Positions 38,810-49,555 are shown, counted from the stretch's first letter. The stretch is 64,000 bases of DNA from Bifidobacterium breve (GCA_943325005.2 CALPNT020000001.1:5132-69131); one strand, 5' to 3'. Notes: a model not told the origin generated them from the sequence alone. Translations and numbers: made by a program.

Positions 38810-39721
38810 ATGGCGGAACCGATCGAGCCAGGGCCGGCAACGACCTTGGGGCCCGTGCTGGCGCTGCTGCTGGCGGCGCTCAGCTTCAGTTTGATGACCG
38901 TCTGCGTGAAGGGGGCCGGCCACCGGCTGCCGGTGGCGGAGGTGGTGCTGGCTCGCGCCCTTGTCAGCCTGGCCCTGAGCTGGTGGATGCTGCGCCGGTT
39001 GGCGATCAACCCCTGGGGACGGCGGCGGCGGTTGCTGGCGCTGCGCGGGCTGCTCGGCAGTGTGGCCCTGGCCTGTGTCTATGGAGCCGTGATGCGGCTG
39101 CCCCTGGCGACCGCCACGCTGCTGCAATACCTCTACCCCACCTTCACCGCCCTGCTCGCCTGGCTCAGCCTCGGGGAGCAGCTGAGCCGGCGCCTGCTGC
39201 TGGGTTGCGGCTGCGGCTGGCTCGGGGTGCTGGTGGTGGCCCAGGGCACCAATCCAGCCATGGCCGACCTGTCGCTGTGGCAGCTCCTGCCGCAGCCGCT
39301 GGCCTGGTCCGGTTCGCCGGCGCTGATCGGCCTCCTGCTGGGCTTGCTGGGGGCTCTGCTCACCGCCCTGGCCTATGTGAGCGTGCGGGAACTGGGCCGC
39401 AGCGAGCACCCGCTGGTGATCGTGTTCTGGTTTCCGCTGATGTCCCTGCCCCTCTCGCTCCCCTGGGTGCTGCACGATCCCGTTCGGCCCAGTGCGATCG
39501 AACTGCTGTGGTTGCTCGGGGTGGGGCTGTTCACCCAGCTCGGCCAGCTCGGCCTCACCCATGGCCTCACCCAGCTGCCGGCAGCCCGAGCCACGACCAT
39601 CGGCTATGTCCAGGTGGTGTTTGCAGCGTTCTGGGGCTGGCTGCTGTTCGGCGAGGCCATCGGCACCACAACGGGGCTCGGCGCCCTGCTGATCCTGGCT
39701 GCCGGCCTGTTGAGCCGCTGA
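38810..39721 (+). CDS. EamA/DMT-superfamily transporter
   Basis: From ATG 38810: 10-TM DMT pattern with two EamA-like halves. Confidence 0.75.
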   Translation: MAEPIEPGPATTLGPVLALLLAALSFSLMTVCVKGAGHRLPVAEVVLARALVSLALSWWMLRRLAINPWGRRRRLLALRGLLGSVALACVYGAVMRLPLATATLLQYLYPTFTALLAWLSLGEQLSRRLLLGCGCGWLGVLVVAQGTNPAMADLSLWQLLPQPLAWSGSPALIGLLLGLLGALLTALAYVSVRELGRSEHPLVIVFWFPLMSLPLSLPWVLHDPVRPSAIELLWLLGVGLFTQLGQLGLTHGLTQLPAARATTIGYVQVVFAAFWGWLLFGEAIGTTTGLGALLILAAGLLSR

Positions 39722-39751
39722 TGGTGCCCGTCACCACAACGTGATCCAGGC

Positions 39752-39784
39752 AAAAAGCGCAGGGCGCCCCTGGACGCGCTCTGC
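39752..39784 (-). terminator. Intrinsic terminator oriented on the minus strand, with no adjacent minus-strand CDS
   Basis: The minus strand reads GCAGAGCGC-GTCCAGGG-GCGCCCTGC (8/9 bp stem), then GC, then TTTTT. On the plus strand the run is A5 before the hairpin, so it is not a plus-strand terminator. Confidence 0.5.
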
Positions 39785-39862
39785 GGCAGGCGCGGATCGG
39801 TGCCACGACGGATCGCAGGCTTAAGCTCATTGCTAAACAAATTCGTCAGATTCGATCTGCTG

Positions 39863-41293
39863 ATGTTTTTACCTTGGCAGCCGCTTCGGATCGTCGGATC
39901 ACTTGTGGCCGACGCGGGTCAACGAGCCTCAGCAGAAGTCCATCTCGACCCTGTCAGGCTGATTCCTGATCAGCTTCACCACAGCGGGGTGACCCTGCCC
40001 GTGGTGATGGTGGTGATCGGCAGCATGTTTCTGGTCACCCTGGCGATCAGTCGTTTCAGCCTCAAACTGGGCGTTCCGGCGATCCTGGGGGTGCTGATCT
40101 TCGGGATGCTGATCGATCCCGGCAGATCACCATTCTCCCCGATCACGATTGAGTGGCTACACACCCTCAGCCTGTCAATGCTGCTGTTTTATGCAGGACT
40201 CAAAACCGAACTGCGCTCCATGCGTGGTTTTCTTGAATACGGCATCGTGCTCGCCATCGGCGGCGCCCTCGTCTCGTCAGTGGTCTTGGGGTTGATCATC
40301 TGTTTCCTGGGCTCCTCCACCGCATCCAGCTTCAGCCTGGGCTTCAGTCAACTGCCACTGGCGGTGGCGATGTTGATCGCGGCCTGCCTGGGATCCACGG
40401 ATGCCGGTGCCACCATCGCCGTGCTCAACGCCGACGGTCCGATTCTGCCGAAACGATTGCAATCTCTGCTGGAGTTCGAAGCTTCGGTCAACGATCCTGC
40501 CGCCATCCTCTTTCTGGGGCTGGTGGTGGGCCTGACAACCATCGGCTCTGGCCATGATCCGGACGCCGTGCTGATCCAGCAACTTCAGTACTTCCTTCAG
40601 AAGATCGGCTCTGGTCTCGTTGTGGGCCTGATCATCAGTTATCTGGCGCGCTTCAGTCTGGAACGCCTCGTGAACGATCAGGCGCAGCTGCTGGTGCTGG
40701 GAGTGGCGATCGCCCTCCTCTCCTATGGCGTCGCCGATTTACTGGGTGGCTCGGGCTTCATTTCCGCTTATGTCTGCGGCTTATTTCTCGCCAACCACAA
40801 GTATCAGAACTTCAATATCAGTACCTACTCGCTGCAGCAAACCCTACTGCCTTTCAACTCGATGACCGAGATTGCCGTCTTCCTGATCTTCGGAGTCGAA
40901 ATGCTGCCCATCAAGCTGCTCAACGTTCTACCCCTGGGTATCATCTCGGCCCTGGCCCTGATGCTGGTAGCGCGTCCGGCCAGTGTGATGCTGTTTCAAT
41001 GGCTCTCTCCGTTCAACCTCAGGGAAAGCCTGTTGATCTCCTGGTGCGGACTGCGAGGAGCCGTACCCCTGGCCCTGAGCTTTGCGGTCACCGAAACCAT
41101 CCCGAAGCTGCCTGGCATCAATCCCGCGGACCTGAAGGATCTGGTCAACAACGCCGAGGGGATCATCTTCAGCGTGGTGATGGTCAACCTGCTGATTCAG
41201 GGCCTCAGTCTGCGCCCCCTGGCCCGCTGGCTGGGGCTGACACCGGCGGAGGACACTGCCGCGGATCTCGCCATCCCCACGGCTGGTCATTGA
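39863..41293 (+). CDS. Na+/H+ (cation:proton) antiporter, CPA1/NhaP-like
   Basis: Polytopic protein of about 476 aa with Na_H_exchanger-like segments (GVPAILGVLIFGMLI..., ACLGSTDAGATIAVL). The ATG at 39863 is preferred over the GTG at 39800. GC is visibly lower than in neighbouring genes. Confidence 0.8.
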   Translation: MFLPWQPLRIVGSLVADAGQRASAEVHLDPVRLIPDQLHHSGVTLPVVMVVIGSMFLVTLAISRFSLKLGVPAILGVLIFGMLIDPGRSPFSPITIEWLHTLSLSMLLFYAGLKTELRSMRGFLEYGIVLAIGGALVSSVVLGLIICFLGSSTASSFSLGFSQLPLAVAMLIAACLGSTDAGATIAVLNADGPILPKRLQSLLEFEASVNDPAAILFLGLVVGLTTIGSGHDPDAVLIQQLQYFLQKIGSGLVVGLIISYLARFSLERLVNDQAQLLVLGVAIALLSYGVADLLGGSGFISAYVCGLFLANHKYQNFNISTYSLQQTLLPFNSMTEIAVFLIFGVEMLPIKLLNVLPLGIISALALMLVARPASVMLFQWLSPFNLRESLLISWCGLRGAVPLALSFAVTETIPKLPGINPADLKDLVNNAEGIIFSVVMVNLLIQGLSLRPLARWLGLTPAEDTAADLAIPTAGH

Positions 41294-41791
41294 TCAACCC
41301 AGCCCAGTTGCTCGACCCGAACCTGGCAGGGGCAGCGGATCGGTGATCCAATCCTGGCTGGTGCCGTCGCTGCTGCCGATCGGGCGGGCCAGCCGCCAGC
41401 TCTGGCCCCGCTCTCCCTGTTGCAGAAACAGCTCGAAGGCACTGTCCACTCGAATCGGGTCGCCCGCCAGTCGCCAGTCAAAGTGACCTGCCAACTTCAG
41501 GCCCGCAGCCTCACCGATCCGGATCGGCTGCTGCTGCTCCACCCGCACCCGACTCACCTCCGGCAAGCCAGCCGCCTCCAGATCAAGGGCCCGGGCCACC
41601 TGAGCCTGGGTGAGCTGGATCTGCAGGGCCAGGGCCTGAAGCAGCACCGATCGCGACGGCTGGGCCTGCAGCCCGCAGCCCGCCAGGCCCAACGGCAGCA
41701 GCAACGCCAGCGTCAGGCCCAGGCTCGCCAACCTGTTGAGCAGGGCCTGCGGCCAGTTCGGGCAGCGGGAGCGAGGCAGGGCGGGCAGCAT
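41294..41791 (-). CDS. Lipoprotein, unknown function
   Basis: From ATG 41791: a signal peptide ending in the lipobox LAGC (LLLPLGLAGC). The stop abuts the nhaP stop with no intergenic nucleotide. Confidence 0.55.
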   Translation of the reverse strand: MLPALPRSRCPNWPQALLNRLASLGLTLALLLPLGLAGCGLQAQPSRSVLLQALALQIQLTQAQVARALDLEAAGLPEVSRVRVEQQQPIRIGEAAGLKLAGHFDWRLAGDPIRVDSAFELFLQQGERGQSWRLARPIGSSDGTSQDWITDPLPLPGSGRATGLG

Positions 41792-41813
41792 GGGGGCCGG
41801 TGCACGAGATTCC

Positions 41814-42467
41814 ATGATCGGCTGGCTGCAGGGACAACTGGCCGAACCATGGCAGCAGGCCAACCGTTGCGGGGCGCTGTTGATCTGCCAGGGGGTGGGC
41901 TACGAGCTGCAATTCAGCCCGAGACATTGGCGAGCCCTGCCGCAGGCAGGCGCCGAGCTGGCCCTGCACGTGCACCACAGCATCCGCGAGGACGGCTGGA
42001 CCCTCTACGGCTTTGCGCTGCGGCACGAACGGGATCTGTTCCGGGAGCTGGTGGCGGTGAGTGGCGTTGGCCCCCAGATGGCGCTGGGATTGCTGGGAAT
42101 CATGACCGCCGAAGAGCTGGTGCGGGCCATCGTCCAGGCGGATCTACGGCGACTGGCCGAGGCGCCCGGGGTGGGCAAGCGCACGGCCGAGCGTCTTTCC
42201 GTCGAACTGCGCAGTCGGCTGAAAGAGCGCTTCTGCTCGCTGGTGGAGATGCCGGAGAGCTTTGATGATCTCCTGGATGGCGAGGTGAGCCTGCCCCAGG
42301 GCACGGGCCGCGACGATGTGCAGATCACCTTGGGCGCCCTGGGGTATGAGCCCTTGGAAATCCAGCGGGCTCTGCGGGCCGTGGCGGCTCAGGGGTTGAC
42401 GGCGGACGCCGCCGGGGATGAGTGGATCCGCGAATGCCTGCGCTGGCTATCCCGCTCCGCCGCCTGA
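41814..42467 (+). CDS. ruvA: Holliday junction DNA helicase subunit RuvA
   Basis: MIGWLQGQL... start, GVGYELQ OB domain, HhH motifs ([25 protein letters not shown]) and C-terminal domain III. Confidence 0.88.
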   Translation: MIGWLQGQLAEPWQQANRCGALLICQGVGYELQFSPRHWRALPQAGAELALHVHHSIREDGWTLYGFALRHERDLFRELVAVSGVGPQMALGLLGIMTAEELVRAIVQADLRRLAEAPGVGKRTAERLSVELRSRLKERFCSLVEMPESFDDLLDGEVSLPQGTGRDDVQITLGALGYEPLEIQRALRAVAAQGLTADAAGDEWIRECLRWLSRSAA

Positions 42468-42564
42468 AGCCACCGGCAGGCCACGGCAGCGAAAGCGCCC
42501 CGCTGACACGGTAATGTCGTTGTTTGCACCGCCAGGGCTTCGGCCTCCGCTCGCTATTTCGCCC

Positions 42565-42834
42565 ATGCCGCTCACCATCACCAAGAAGCAAGAACTGATC
42601 AACGGTCATCAGACCCACGGCACCGATACGGGCTCGGTGGAAGTGCAGGTGGCGATGTTGAGTGAGCGGATCAGCCAGCTCAGCGGTCATCTGCAAAAAA
42701 ACATCCACGACTTCTCTTCCCGCCAGGGGCTGCTGAAGATGATCGGTCGCCGCAAGCGGCTGCTGAGCTATCTGCGCAGCCAGAGCCAGGAGCGCTACAC
42801 CACCTTGATTGCCAAGCTGGGCATCCGCGGCTGA
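42565..42834 (+). CDS. rpsO: 30S ribosomal protein S15
   Basis: [66 protein letters not shown], 89 aa. Confidence 0.93.
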   Translation: MPLTITKKQELINGHQTHGTDTGSVEVQVAMLSERISQLSGHLQKNIHDFSSRQGLLKMIGRRKRLLSYLRSQSQERYTTLIAKLGIRG

Positions 42835-42844
42835 GCTCGTCATC

Positions 42845-43261
42845 ATGGCTCCGCAGCGGAATCCCAGATCCTTTGGCTCGGCGCAAGCCGGCAAAGGCAG
42901 CAATGGCAAGGCCGAGCCTCCGTTGAAGCCAAAGGCGGCGCGGCAGCAGGCGATTCCCGATGCGGTGGCCAACCGCATGGCCCGGCGCATCGCTATCGCC
43001 ACCGGTATTCCCACCGTGATGGGCATGTCTGTGTTCGTCGGCAGCTACTTGGTGGTGAGCCGGGGTCTCCTGGAGATACCCACCGGCATCACCCTGGTGG
43101 CCTCCGGCGGCTGCTTCCTGCTGGGGCTGCTCGGACTCAGCTACGGCGTGCTCTCTTCCAGCTGGGAAGACGGCGCCGGCAGCCTGCTGGGAACCGAGCA
43201 GATTGGCCTCAACCTCGGCCGCCTCAGACAGTCCGTCAAGGCCATGCGCGAAGGCAGCTGA
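42845..43261 (+). CDS. PAM68-like photosystem II assembly protein (DUF3464-like)
   Basis: Basic N-terminus, IPDAVANRMARRIAIATGIPT, two TMs and LSYGVLSSSWED. This pattern resembles PAM68/Sll0933 as I recall it. Confidence 0.6.
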   Translation: MAPQRNPRSFGSAQAGKGSNGKAEPPLKPKAARQQAIPDAVANRMARRIAIATGIPTVMGMSVFVGSYLVVSRGLLEIPTGITLVASGGCFLLGLLGLSYGVLSSSWEDGAGSLLGTEQIGLNLGRLRQSVKAMREGS

Positions 43262-43576
43262 AACCCCTCAATCCCTGGGCCCAAAGAGGTCGCTGCGACT
43301 GGCCAGAAGGGTTGTGGCGACTGGACAAACGATTCAGCGGTCCTGCTGCCAGCCAAAGCCTGAAGCTGCTCTGAAGCCAAGGCGGTGCAGCGGATCGCCA
43401 CGGAACCATTCGGCGCCCTGCTTTCTGGTCGATCGGCCACAGCCACAGACCATCGCAGCAAGCGGCATCAGCCAGAACCTTGGTCGAGCCAAGCCAGGGG
43501 GGCCCGAGCGGGCCGTCATGGCAAGGGACGGACCGGAGCAAACAGGGTGAAGTTGATCGCTATCGGTGGTCCGGTG

Positions 43577-46500
43577 TCAGGCCGCCGGACCGATCGGTGA
43601 ACGCAAGCTCACCCGGAAATCAGCCGCTGCCAGGGTTTTAACGGCAGCCGGAGCATCGGCCACGCAGAACTGGGGGCCCAGGCGCACCCAACGCGATTCG
43701 CTGCCCTGACGCACCAGCGCCACCACCGGCACCCGCACCCCGGCCTCATCCAGCGCGGGGCGATGGCGGGTGAGGCACTCGCGCAGGCGATGCTGAATGG
43801 CGATGTCACCGGCCTGGTTGGGATCGAGTTCCACCTGCAGCAGTTGCAGATCGTCGATGCTGCGGCAGTCATCGACGATCAGCTGCACCCGTTCATCGCG
43901 ACGATCCACCGTGGCCCACACCAGCAGTCGGGCATCCACCATCAGATGGTCAGCCAGGCGGGCATAAGTTTTGGGGAACACCACCGCCTCACAACTGCCG
44001 GTGAGATCCTCCAGCTGCAGAATCGCCATGCGATCGCCCTTGCGGGTGTTCACCTGGCGCAGCTCCGGCACCATCGCCACAATGCTCACCTTGGCTTTAT
44101 CGGACTGTTCCTCCAGTCGGGCCAGGCTGATCGGCGACAATAGGCTGACCTGAGCGGAGAGTTGGCGTAATGGATGGTCGGAGATGTAAAAGCCGAGCAG
44201 TTCCTTTTCCAGCTTCAACTTTTCGGTGGGGGGATAGTCCGCCACTGGGGCGGCCTTCGGTGCTGTGGACTGATCACCGGCGCCAGGGGCTGCAGCGGCA
44301 CCTGCCAGCAGATCAAAAAGATTGCCCTGGCCACTGGCCCGATCACGGGCGCGGGAGTTAGCCCAGTCGAGGATCAGATCGAGATCGGCCATCAACTGGG
44401 CCCGATTGGCTCCGGTCTCGAGGCCGTCGAGGGCACCACAGTGAATCAGTGATTCCATCGCCCGGCGATTGAGCTGCTGGGTGGGTAGCCGATCACAGAG
44501 ATCGGCAAGGGAAGCGAATGAACCATCAGCATTCCGTTGCTCGATCAGCAGGCGAATCGCCCCTTCCCCGAGATTGCGCACCGCCGAAAGACCAAACAAG
44601 ATCCGATCTCCCACCGGCGTGAAATCAATCCCGGAAGCATTGACATCCGGCGGCAGCACCTCGATACCCATCGCCTGGCAATTGGCGATATAGCGCTGCA
44701 CTTTTTCCGTCTGACCCGCATTGACGGTGAGCAGGGCCGCCATGTAAGCCACCGGATAGTGAGCCTTGAGATAAGCCGTCTGGTAGGTGACGGCGCCGTA
44801 GGCGGTGGAATGGCTCTTGTTGAAGCAGTATTCGGCGAACAGCACCATCTGCTCAAACAGACCTTCAGCCACCTTCGGGTCAACACCGCGATCGCTGGCG
44901 CCCTGCACGAACAGGCTCTGGTGCTTCTCCATCTCCGACTTTTTCTTCTTACCCATGGCGCGGCGCAGCAGGTCGGCTTCCCCCAGGGAATAACCGGCCA
45001 GATCCTGAGCGATCTTCATGATCTGCTCCTGGTACACCATGATTCCGTACGTCTCTTTCAGGATTGGCTCCAGCTTGACGTGGGCCACATCAATCGCTTC
45101 ACGGCCATGTTTGCGATTGATGAATTTGGGGATCAGGCCCGCATCGAGTGGACCCGGACGATAGAGGGCCAGGATTGAGGAGATATCCTCCAGAGAGGAA
45201 GGCTTGAGATCGCGCACAATCTGGCGCATTCCGCTGGACTCAAGTTGAAAAATACCCTCCAGATCACCGCGGGCTAGCAGAGCGAAGGTGCCGGCATCGT
45301 CCTCGGGTAAGGCATCAGGATCGAGACGCGTACCACTGCTCTTATGCACCAGATCAATCGTCTTCTCGATCATCGTCAGGTTCTTGAGACCGAGGAAGTC
45401 CATCTTCAGCAACCCCATCGCCTCCACATCTTCCATGTAGTACTGGGTGATCACCTGGCCATCATTGTTGCGCTGCAGTGGCACCAATTCATCCAGGGGT
45501 TCGGCGGCAATCACCACACCAGCGGCGTGGACACCGAAGGTTTTGTTGGTGCCCTCGATCCGCATAGCCAGATCCACCCAGTGGCGCACCTTCGGATCGC
45601 CTTCATACTTTTCGCGAAACTCCGGGGCCGGTGATTCAGCACCGATCATCTCCTTGAGTTTGGCTGGCTTACCCCTTACCACCGGGATCAATTTCGCCAG
45701 CCGATCAGCCTCGCCATAGGGGATATCCAGCACTCGGGCCACATCCTTGAGCACCGCCTTGGAGGTCATGCGGTTGAAGGTGATGATCTGGGCCACCTTG
45801 TCCTCGCCATAGCGACGGGTGACGTACTCGATCACTTCACCGCGGCGCTCGATGCAGAAGTCGGTATCAATATCTGGCATCGACTTACGTTCTGGATTCA
45901 GAAACCGCTCAAACAGCAACCCATGCTTCACCGGATCGATGTTGGTGATACCGAGGGCGTAGGCCACCAGCGAGCCGGCGGCCGAGCCCCGGCCTGGCCC
46001 CACAGCGATGCCGCTGTCGCGGGCAAAACGGATGTAATCCCACACCACCAGAAAGTAAGTAGGAAAACCCATCTGCTCCATCACCTGCAGCTCGAAAGCG
46101 AGGCGATCGCCATACAGCGGATCGAACGGATGCCCGTCGCCAAGATCAAGCCGGGCCCGTAGGCCCTGTTCACTCACCTCGGTGAGATAGCTCACGGCGG
46201 TGTGTCCCTCCGGGATCGGGAAGCGCGGCATCTGATAGCGGCCGAGGATGTCGTAGTCCTCCACCTTCTCGGCCACCTTCACCGTATTGGCAAGCGCAGC
46301 TGTGATCACTTCAGGCTCGAGGTGATCACTGAACAAGAGGGCCATCTCGGCCTCGCTCTTGATGTATTCCGTGCCGGTGTATCGCAGGCGTTTCACATCA
46401 GTGATCAACTTGCCGGTGAGCACACAGAGCAGAGCATCGTGGGCTTCCACATCGCCCACACTCAGATAATGGGCATCGTTGGTGGCAATCAGCGGAATCC

Positions 46501-47098
46501 CAAGCTCGGCGCCGATGCGGGCCATCTCGGTGTTGACGATGCGATCTTCAAGGCCGCCATGGTCCTGAATCTCGAGATAGAAGTTGTCGCCGAAGGTCTG
46601 CTGATACCAGCCAGCCACCTCACGCGCCACCTCGGGCCGCCCGCTCAGGATCGCCTGGGGAATCTCGCCGCCGAGGCAGGCCGTGGCCACAATCAGCCCC
46701 TCGCTGTACTGCTGCAGTAGCTGCTTGTCGACGCAGGCCCGCGAGAAGATGCCACGGCCGCGCATGCCGCGCAGATGGCTGATGCTGGTGAGCTTCACCA
46801 GGTTGCGATAGCCCACCGCATTCTTGGCCAGCACCACCAGGTGATAGCGCCGTTCTTTCTTTGGCTGTGGATCCGTGATCGAGCCGTTGATCACATACAT
46901 CTCATTGCCGATGATCGGCTTGATGCCGGCCTTCGTGCACAGCTTCAGCAATTCGATGGCGCCGTACATGACGCCGTGATCGGTCAGGGCCAGAGCCGGC
47001 ATGCCCAGGGCCACGGCGCGCTCCACCATGGCCGGCAGCTGGGAGGCTCCATCGAGGAGGCTGTAGTCGCTGTGGTTATGGAGAGGAACGAACGCCAA
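43577..47098 (-). CDS. dnaE: DNA polymerase III alpha subunit (contiguous, no intein)
   Basis: 1173 aa with a PHP domain ([16 protein letters not shown]), polymerase core and OB fold. The first codon at 47096-47098 is TTG, and there is no in-frame ATG at the N-terminus. Confidence 0.95.
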   Translation of the reverse strand: MAFVPLHNHSDYSLLDGASQLPAMVERAVALGMPALALTDHGVMYGAIELLKLCTKAGIKPIIGNEMYVINGSITDPQPKKERRYHLVVLAKNAVGYRNLVKLTSISHLRGMRGRGIFSRACVDKQLLQQYSEGLIVATACLGGEIPQAILSGRPEVAREVAGWYQQTFGDNFYLEIQDHGGLEDRIVNTEMARIGAELGIPLIATNDAHYLSVGDVEAHDALLCVLTGKLITDVKRLRYTGTEYIKSEAEMALLFSDHLEPEVITAALANTVKVAEKVEDYDILGRYQMPRFPIPEGHTAVSYLTEVSEQGLRARLDLGDGHPFDPLYGDRLAFELQVMEQMGFPTYFLVVWDYIRFARDSGIAVGPGRGSAAGSLVAYALGITNIDPVKHGLLFERFLNPERKSMPDIDTDFCIERRGEVIEYVTRRYGEDKVAQIITFNRMTSKAVLKDVARVLDIPYGEADRLAKLIPVVRGKPAKLKEMIGAESPAPEFREKYEGDPKVRHWVDLAMRIEGTNKTFGVHAAGVVIAAEPLDELVPLQRNNDGQVITQYYMEDVEAMGLLKMDFLGLKNLTMIEKTIDLVHKSSGTRLDPDALPEDDAGTFALLARGDLEGIFQLESSGMRQIVRDLKPSSLEDISSILALYRPGPLDAGLIPKFINRKHGREAIDVAHVKLEPILKETYGIMVYQEQIMKIAQDLAGYSLGEADLLRRAMGKKKKSEMEKHQSLFVQGASDRGVDPKVAEGLFEQMVLFAEYCFNKSHSTAYGAVTYQTAYLKAHYPVAYMAALLTVNAGQTEKVQRYIANCQAMGIEVLPPDVNASGIDFTPVGDRILFGLSAVRNLGEGAIRLLIEQRNADGSFASLADLCDRLPTQQLNRRAMESLIHCGALDGLETGANRAQLMADLDLILDWANSRARDRASGQGNLFDLLAGAAAAPGAGDQSTAPKAAPVADYPPTEKLKLEKELLGFYISDHPLRQLSAQVSLLSPISLARLEEQSDKAKVSIVAMVPELRQVNTRKGDRMAILQLEDLTGSCEAVVFPKTYARLADHLMVDARLLVWATVDRRDERVQLIVDDCRSIDDLQLLQVELDPNQAGDIAIQHRLRECLTRHRPALDEAGVRVPVVALVRQGSESRWVRLGPQFCVADAPAAVKTLAAADFRVSLRSPIGPAA

Positions 47099-47338
47099 GG
47101 AGGAGGAGCTTGGGGACTGGCTCAGGTTAAGGCCAGACGCAACATTCAGCGCCCCATCCGCCTTCTCTGCCCCAATAGCACCAGATATGGTGTCGCCGCC
47201 GCGGCGATCAGGGGTTGAGGGCAGGCGGCTCGTAGCGTCGCACCGTGACCATGCCGGCTTTGGTTGGATCCAGGCTGTGGCAGGGACAAGCCCAGAGCCC
47301 GGGCTGATTCGCCTCCAGGATCACGACACCGTCGGCGC

Positions 47339-48811
47339 TCAGGCCACCAACGCGGCCGCTGGCCGCTGCGCCATCACCCTGGCCGCCTGCTCGTAGTGAT
47401 GGGCGAGTTGCAGCACCCTGGCTTCCTGCAGAACCCCACCAATCAGCTGCAGCCCGATCGGCAGACCCTGGTCGTCGAAGCCACAGGGCACATTGATCGC
47501 AGGCAAGCCCGCCATGTTGGCCGGGATCGTGAGCAGATCGGCCAGATACATCGCCAGGGGATCTTCGGCATGGGCGCCGAAGCGGAAGGCCGTGGTGGGA
47601 GAGGTGGGGCTGAGCAGCAGATCCACCTGCTCGAAGGCACGATCGAAGTCCCGGCGAATCAGCGTGCGCACCTGCTGGGCCTTGCGGTAGTAGGCATCCA
47701 CATAGCCGGCCGAAAGGGCATAGGTGCCGATCAGGATGCGGCGTTGCACCTCATCACCGAAGCCCTCGGCACGACTGCGGGCGGTCATCATCGCCAGGTT
47801 GTCGGCGCCACCGGCCTCGGCCAGGGCCCGGTGCCCGTATTTGACGCCGTCGTAGCGAGCCAGGTTGGCGGAGGCCTCCGACGGGGCGATCACGTAATAG
47901 GTGGCGATGCCGTCGTTGAAGCGCGGGCAGCTGATGTCCACCAGTTCGCAGCCGAGCTGCTCCAGCTGGGCTGCTGCAGCCAGCACCGAGGCCTTCACCT
48001 GGGGATCGAGCCCCTCGGCATCGAAGCATTCACGAATCAACCCCACCCGCAATCCCTTGACGGGCTGCTCCAGGGCGCTGCGGTAATCCGGCACCGGATT
48101 GGTGAGACAGGTGGCATCGCGCCGATCGGCACCGGCGATCACCTGCAGAATTTCGGCACTGTCGGCAACGCTGCTGCTGAAGGGGCCCACCTGATCGAGG
48201 GAGCTGGCAAAGGCCACCAGCCCCCAGCGGCTCACCCGGCCATAGGTGGGTTTGAAGCCCACCACACCGCAGAAGGAGGCTGGCTGGCGGATCGAACCGC
48301 CGGTGTCGGAGCCGAGCGAGGCGAGGCATTCGCCGGCCGCCACCGCCGCAGCACTGCCGCCGGAGCTGCCCCCCGGCACCCGCTCGGGATTCCAGGGATT
48401 ACGGCTGGGACCAAAGGCTGAGGTCTCGGTGGAGCTGCCCATGGCGAACTCATCGAGGTTGGTCTTGCCGAGCAGCACCGCGCCGGCGTTCCAGAGCCGT
48501 TCGGTAACGGTGGACTCGTAAGGAGGCACGAAGGTCTCCAGCATGCGGCTGGAGCAGGTGGTGCGGATCCCCTTGGTGCAGAGGTTGTCCTTGATCGCCA
48601 GCGGGATGCCAGCCAGCGGCGGCAGCGTTTCACCGGCGAGACGGGCTGCATCGATGCGATCGGCGTCGGCGCGGGCCCGCTCCGTCGTGATCTCCAGAAA
48701 GGCGTGAACCGTGGAATCGACCGCTGCGATCCGCGCCAGATGCTGATCGGTCAGCTCACGAGCTGAAACCTCTCCCCGTTCCAGTTTCCCGCGCCACTCG
48801 GCGATCCCCAT
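47339..48811 (-). CDS. gatA: Glutamyl-tRNA(Gln) amidotransferase subunit A
   Basis: Amidase signature [12 protein letters not shown] and full-length GatA-like sequence. Confidence 0.93.
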   Translation of the reverse strand: MGIAEWRGKLERGEVSARELTDQHLARIAAVDSTVHAFLEITTERARADADRIDAARLAGETLPPLAGIPLAIKDNLCTKGIRTTCSSRMLETFVPPYESTVTERLWNAGAVLLGKTNLDEFAMGSSTETSAFGPSRNPWNPERVPGGSSGGSAAAVAAGECLASLGSDTGGSIRQPASFCGVVGFKPTYGRVSRWGLVAFASSLDQVGPFSSSVADSAEILQVIAGADRRDATCLTNPVPDYRSALEQPVKGLRVGLIRECFDAEGLDPQVKASVLAAAAQLEQLGCELVDISCPRFNDGIATYYVIAPSEASANLARYDGVKYGHRALAEAGGADNLAMMTARSRAEGFGDEVQRRILIGTYALSAGYVDAYYRKAQQVRTLIRRDFDRAFEQVDLLLSPTSPTTAFRFGAHAEDPLAMYLADLLTIPANMAGLPAINVPCGFDDQGLPIGLQLIGGVLQEARVLQLAHHYEQAARVMAQRPAAALVA

Positions 48812-48856
48812 CCATTCACAAACCAGCTGTGTTGGACGCTATCAGCTGACCCGCAT

Positions 48857-49126
48857 TCAGGCCGACGCCTCCGGCGGGCTGGCCAGATCAGCGGCCTCCG
48901 TGAGCGGTTCCTGGCGGTTGGTGCGCAGGCAGGTAGCTTCGAGCCTGCCGGGAGCCTCGGAACGCAGATCGGCCAAGAATGTCGGCAGAGCGGCGTCCAG
49001 GGAGCTGCGGCGCATGAACGGCCCGAACCAGTAGACGGCGTCGGGGGCATGGGTTTCCACCCGCGCCCACCAGGTCATCCCCAACCCATTGGCGAGGTTG
49101 CGCATGGGCCAGAGGAAGGAATTCAT
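48857..49126 (-). CDS. Conserved hypothetical protein (resembles DUF1816)
   Basis: 89 aa. WWARVETHAPDAVYWFGPF... resembles the cyanobacterial DUF1816 core as I recall it. Confidence 0.5.
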   Translation of the reverse strand: MNSFLWPMRNLANGLGMTWWARVETHAPDAVYWFGPFMRRSSLDAALPTFLADLRSEAPGRLEATCLRTNRQEPLTEAADLASPPEASA

Positions 49127-49555
49127 GGGCGAGGATTCAAGAGCTCCATTCTGACCAGATCAGCGAACCCGAGGCAGCCGGTGTGAAGGCCACGATGGGA
49201 CACCTCCCATCACTCCGGTTCTCCTGCTGATCGCGGTCCGCACCCTGGACAAGCAGCTCGGCTGAGGCGAGTCCAAAGCGACCGCAACGGGCGACCAGCC
49301 CACCCGGTGGAGCGATGCTGGGCTGCAGGCGGATGTTCGCAGCCCCCAGCCCCAGCCAGCCGCCCACCGGGCCGGCTGAGACGCTTTTCAGCGGCTGTCA
49401 GCTCGCAAGCGGCAGCGTTCCCGACCAACCAAAGCACCGCGCCCTGACGAAGCAGGCCCGGCTCCGTCCTGGGCAACGGCCTGCGGCCGTGCTGACGAAC
49501 AGCTTTGACTTGAGGCCGGGCTGTTCGCCAAGGATCACGGTTCGGTGAGCAACCC

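Noticed and set aside
39863-41293. Calling nhaP a horizontally transferred gene purely from its low GC.
   Set aside because: Spot counts give similar GC (about 53-55%) for clearly native conserved genes (glnA, dnaE). Composition alone is therefore not diagnostic, and the idea is kept only as one reading of the orphan-terminator finding.
43262-43576. ORFs in the 315-nt convergent gap between the PAM68-like gene and dnaE (for example 43236..43541 minus and 43334..43519 minus).
   Set aside because: The translations are Trp/Arg/Pro-rich with no recognisable motif or clear coding bias. I also saw no terminator or RNA motif. The gap is left unassigned.
43577-47098. A split or intein-containing dnaE, as occurs in many cyanobacteria.
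   Set aside because: The ORF is a single uninterrupted 1173-aa DnaE with no inserted Hint/intein-like block visible.
49127-49555. Whether the long non-coding gap encodes RNase P RNA, tmRNA, SRP RNA or a cobalamin or glutamine riboswitch.
   Set aside because: I could not find the hallmark motifs on either strand: GGAAAGUCCGG, a tRNA-like GGUUCGAUUCC end, GGAAGCAGCC, a B12 box or GGAAGUAGG...AAGGAACGC. The region remains unexplained rather than assigned.
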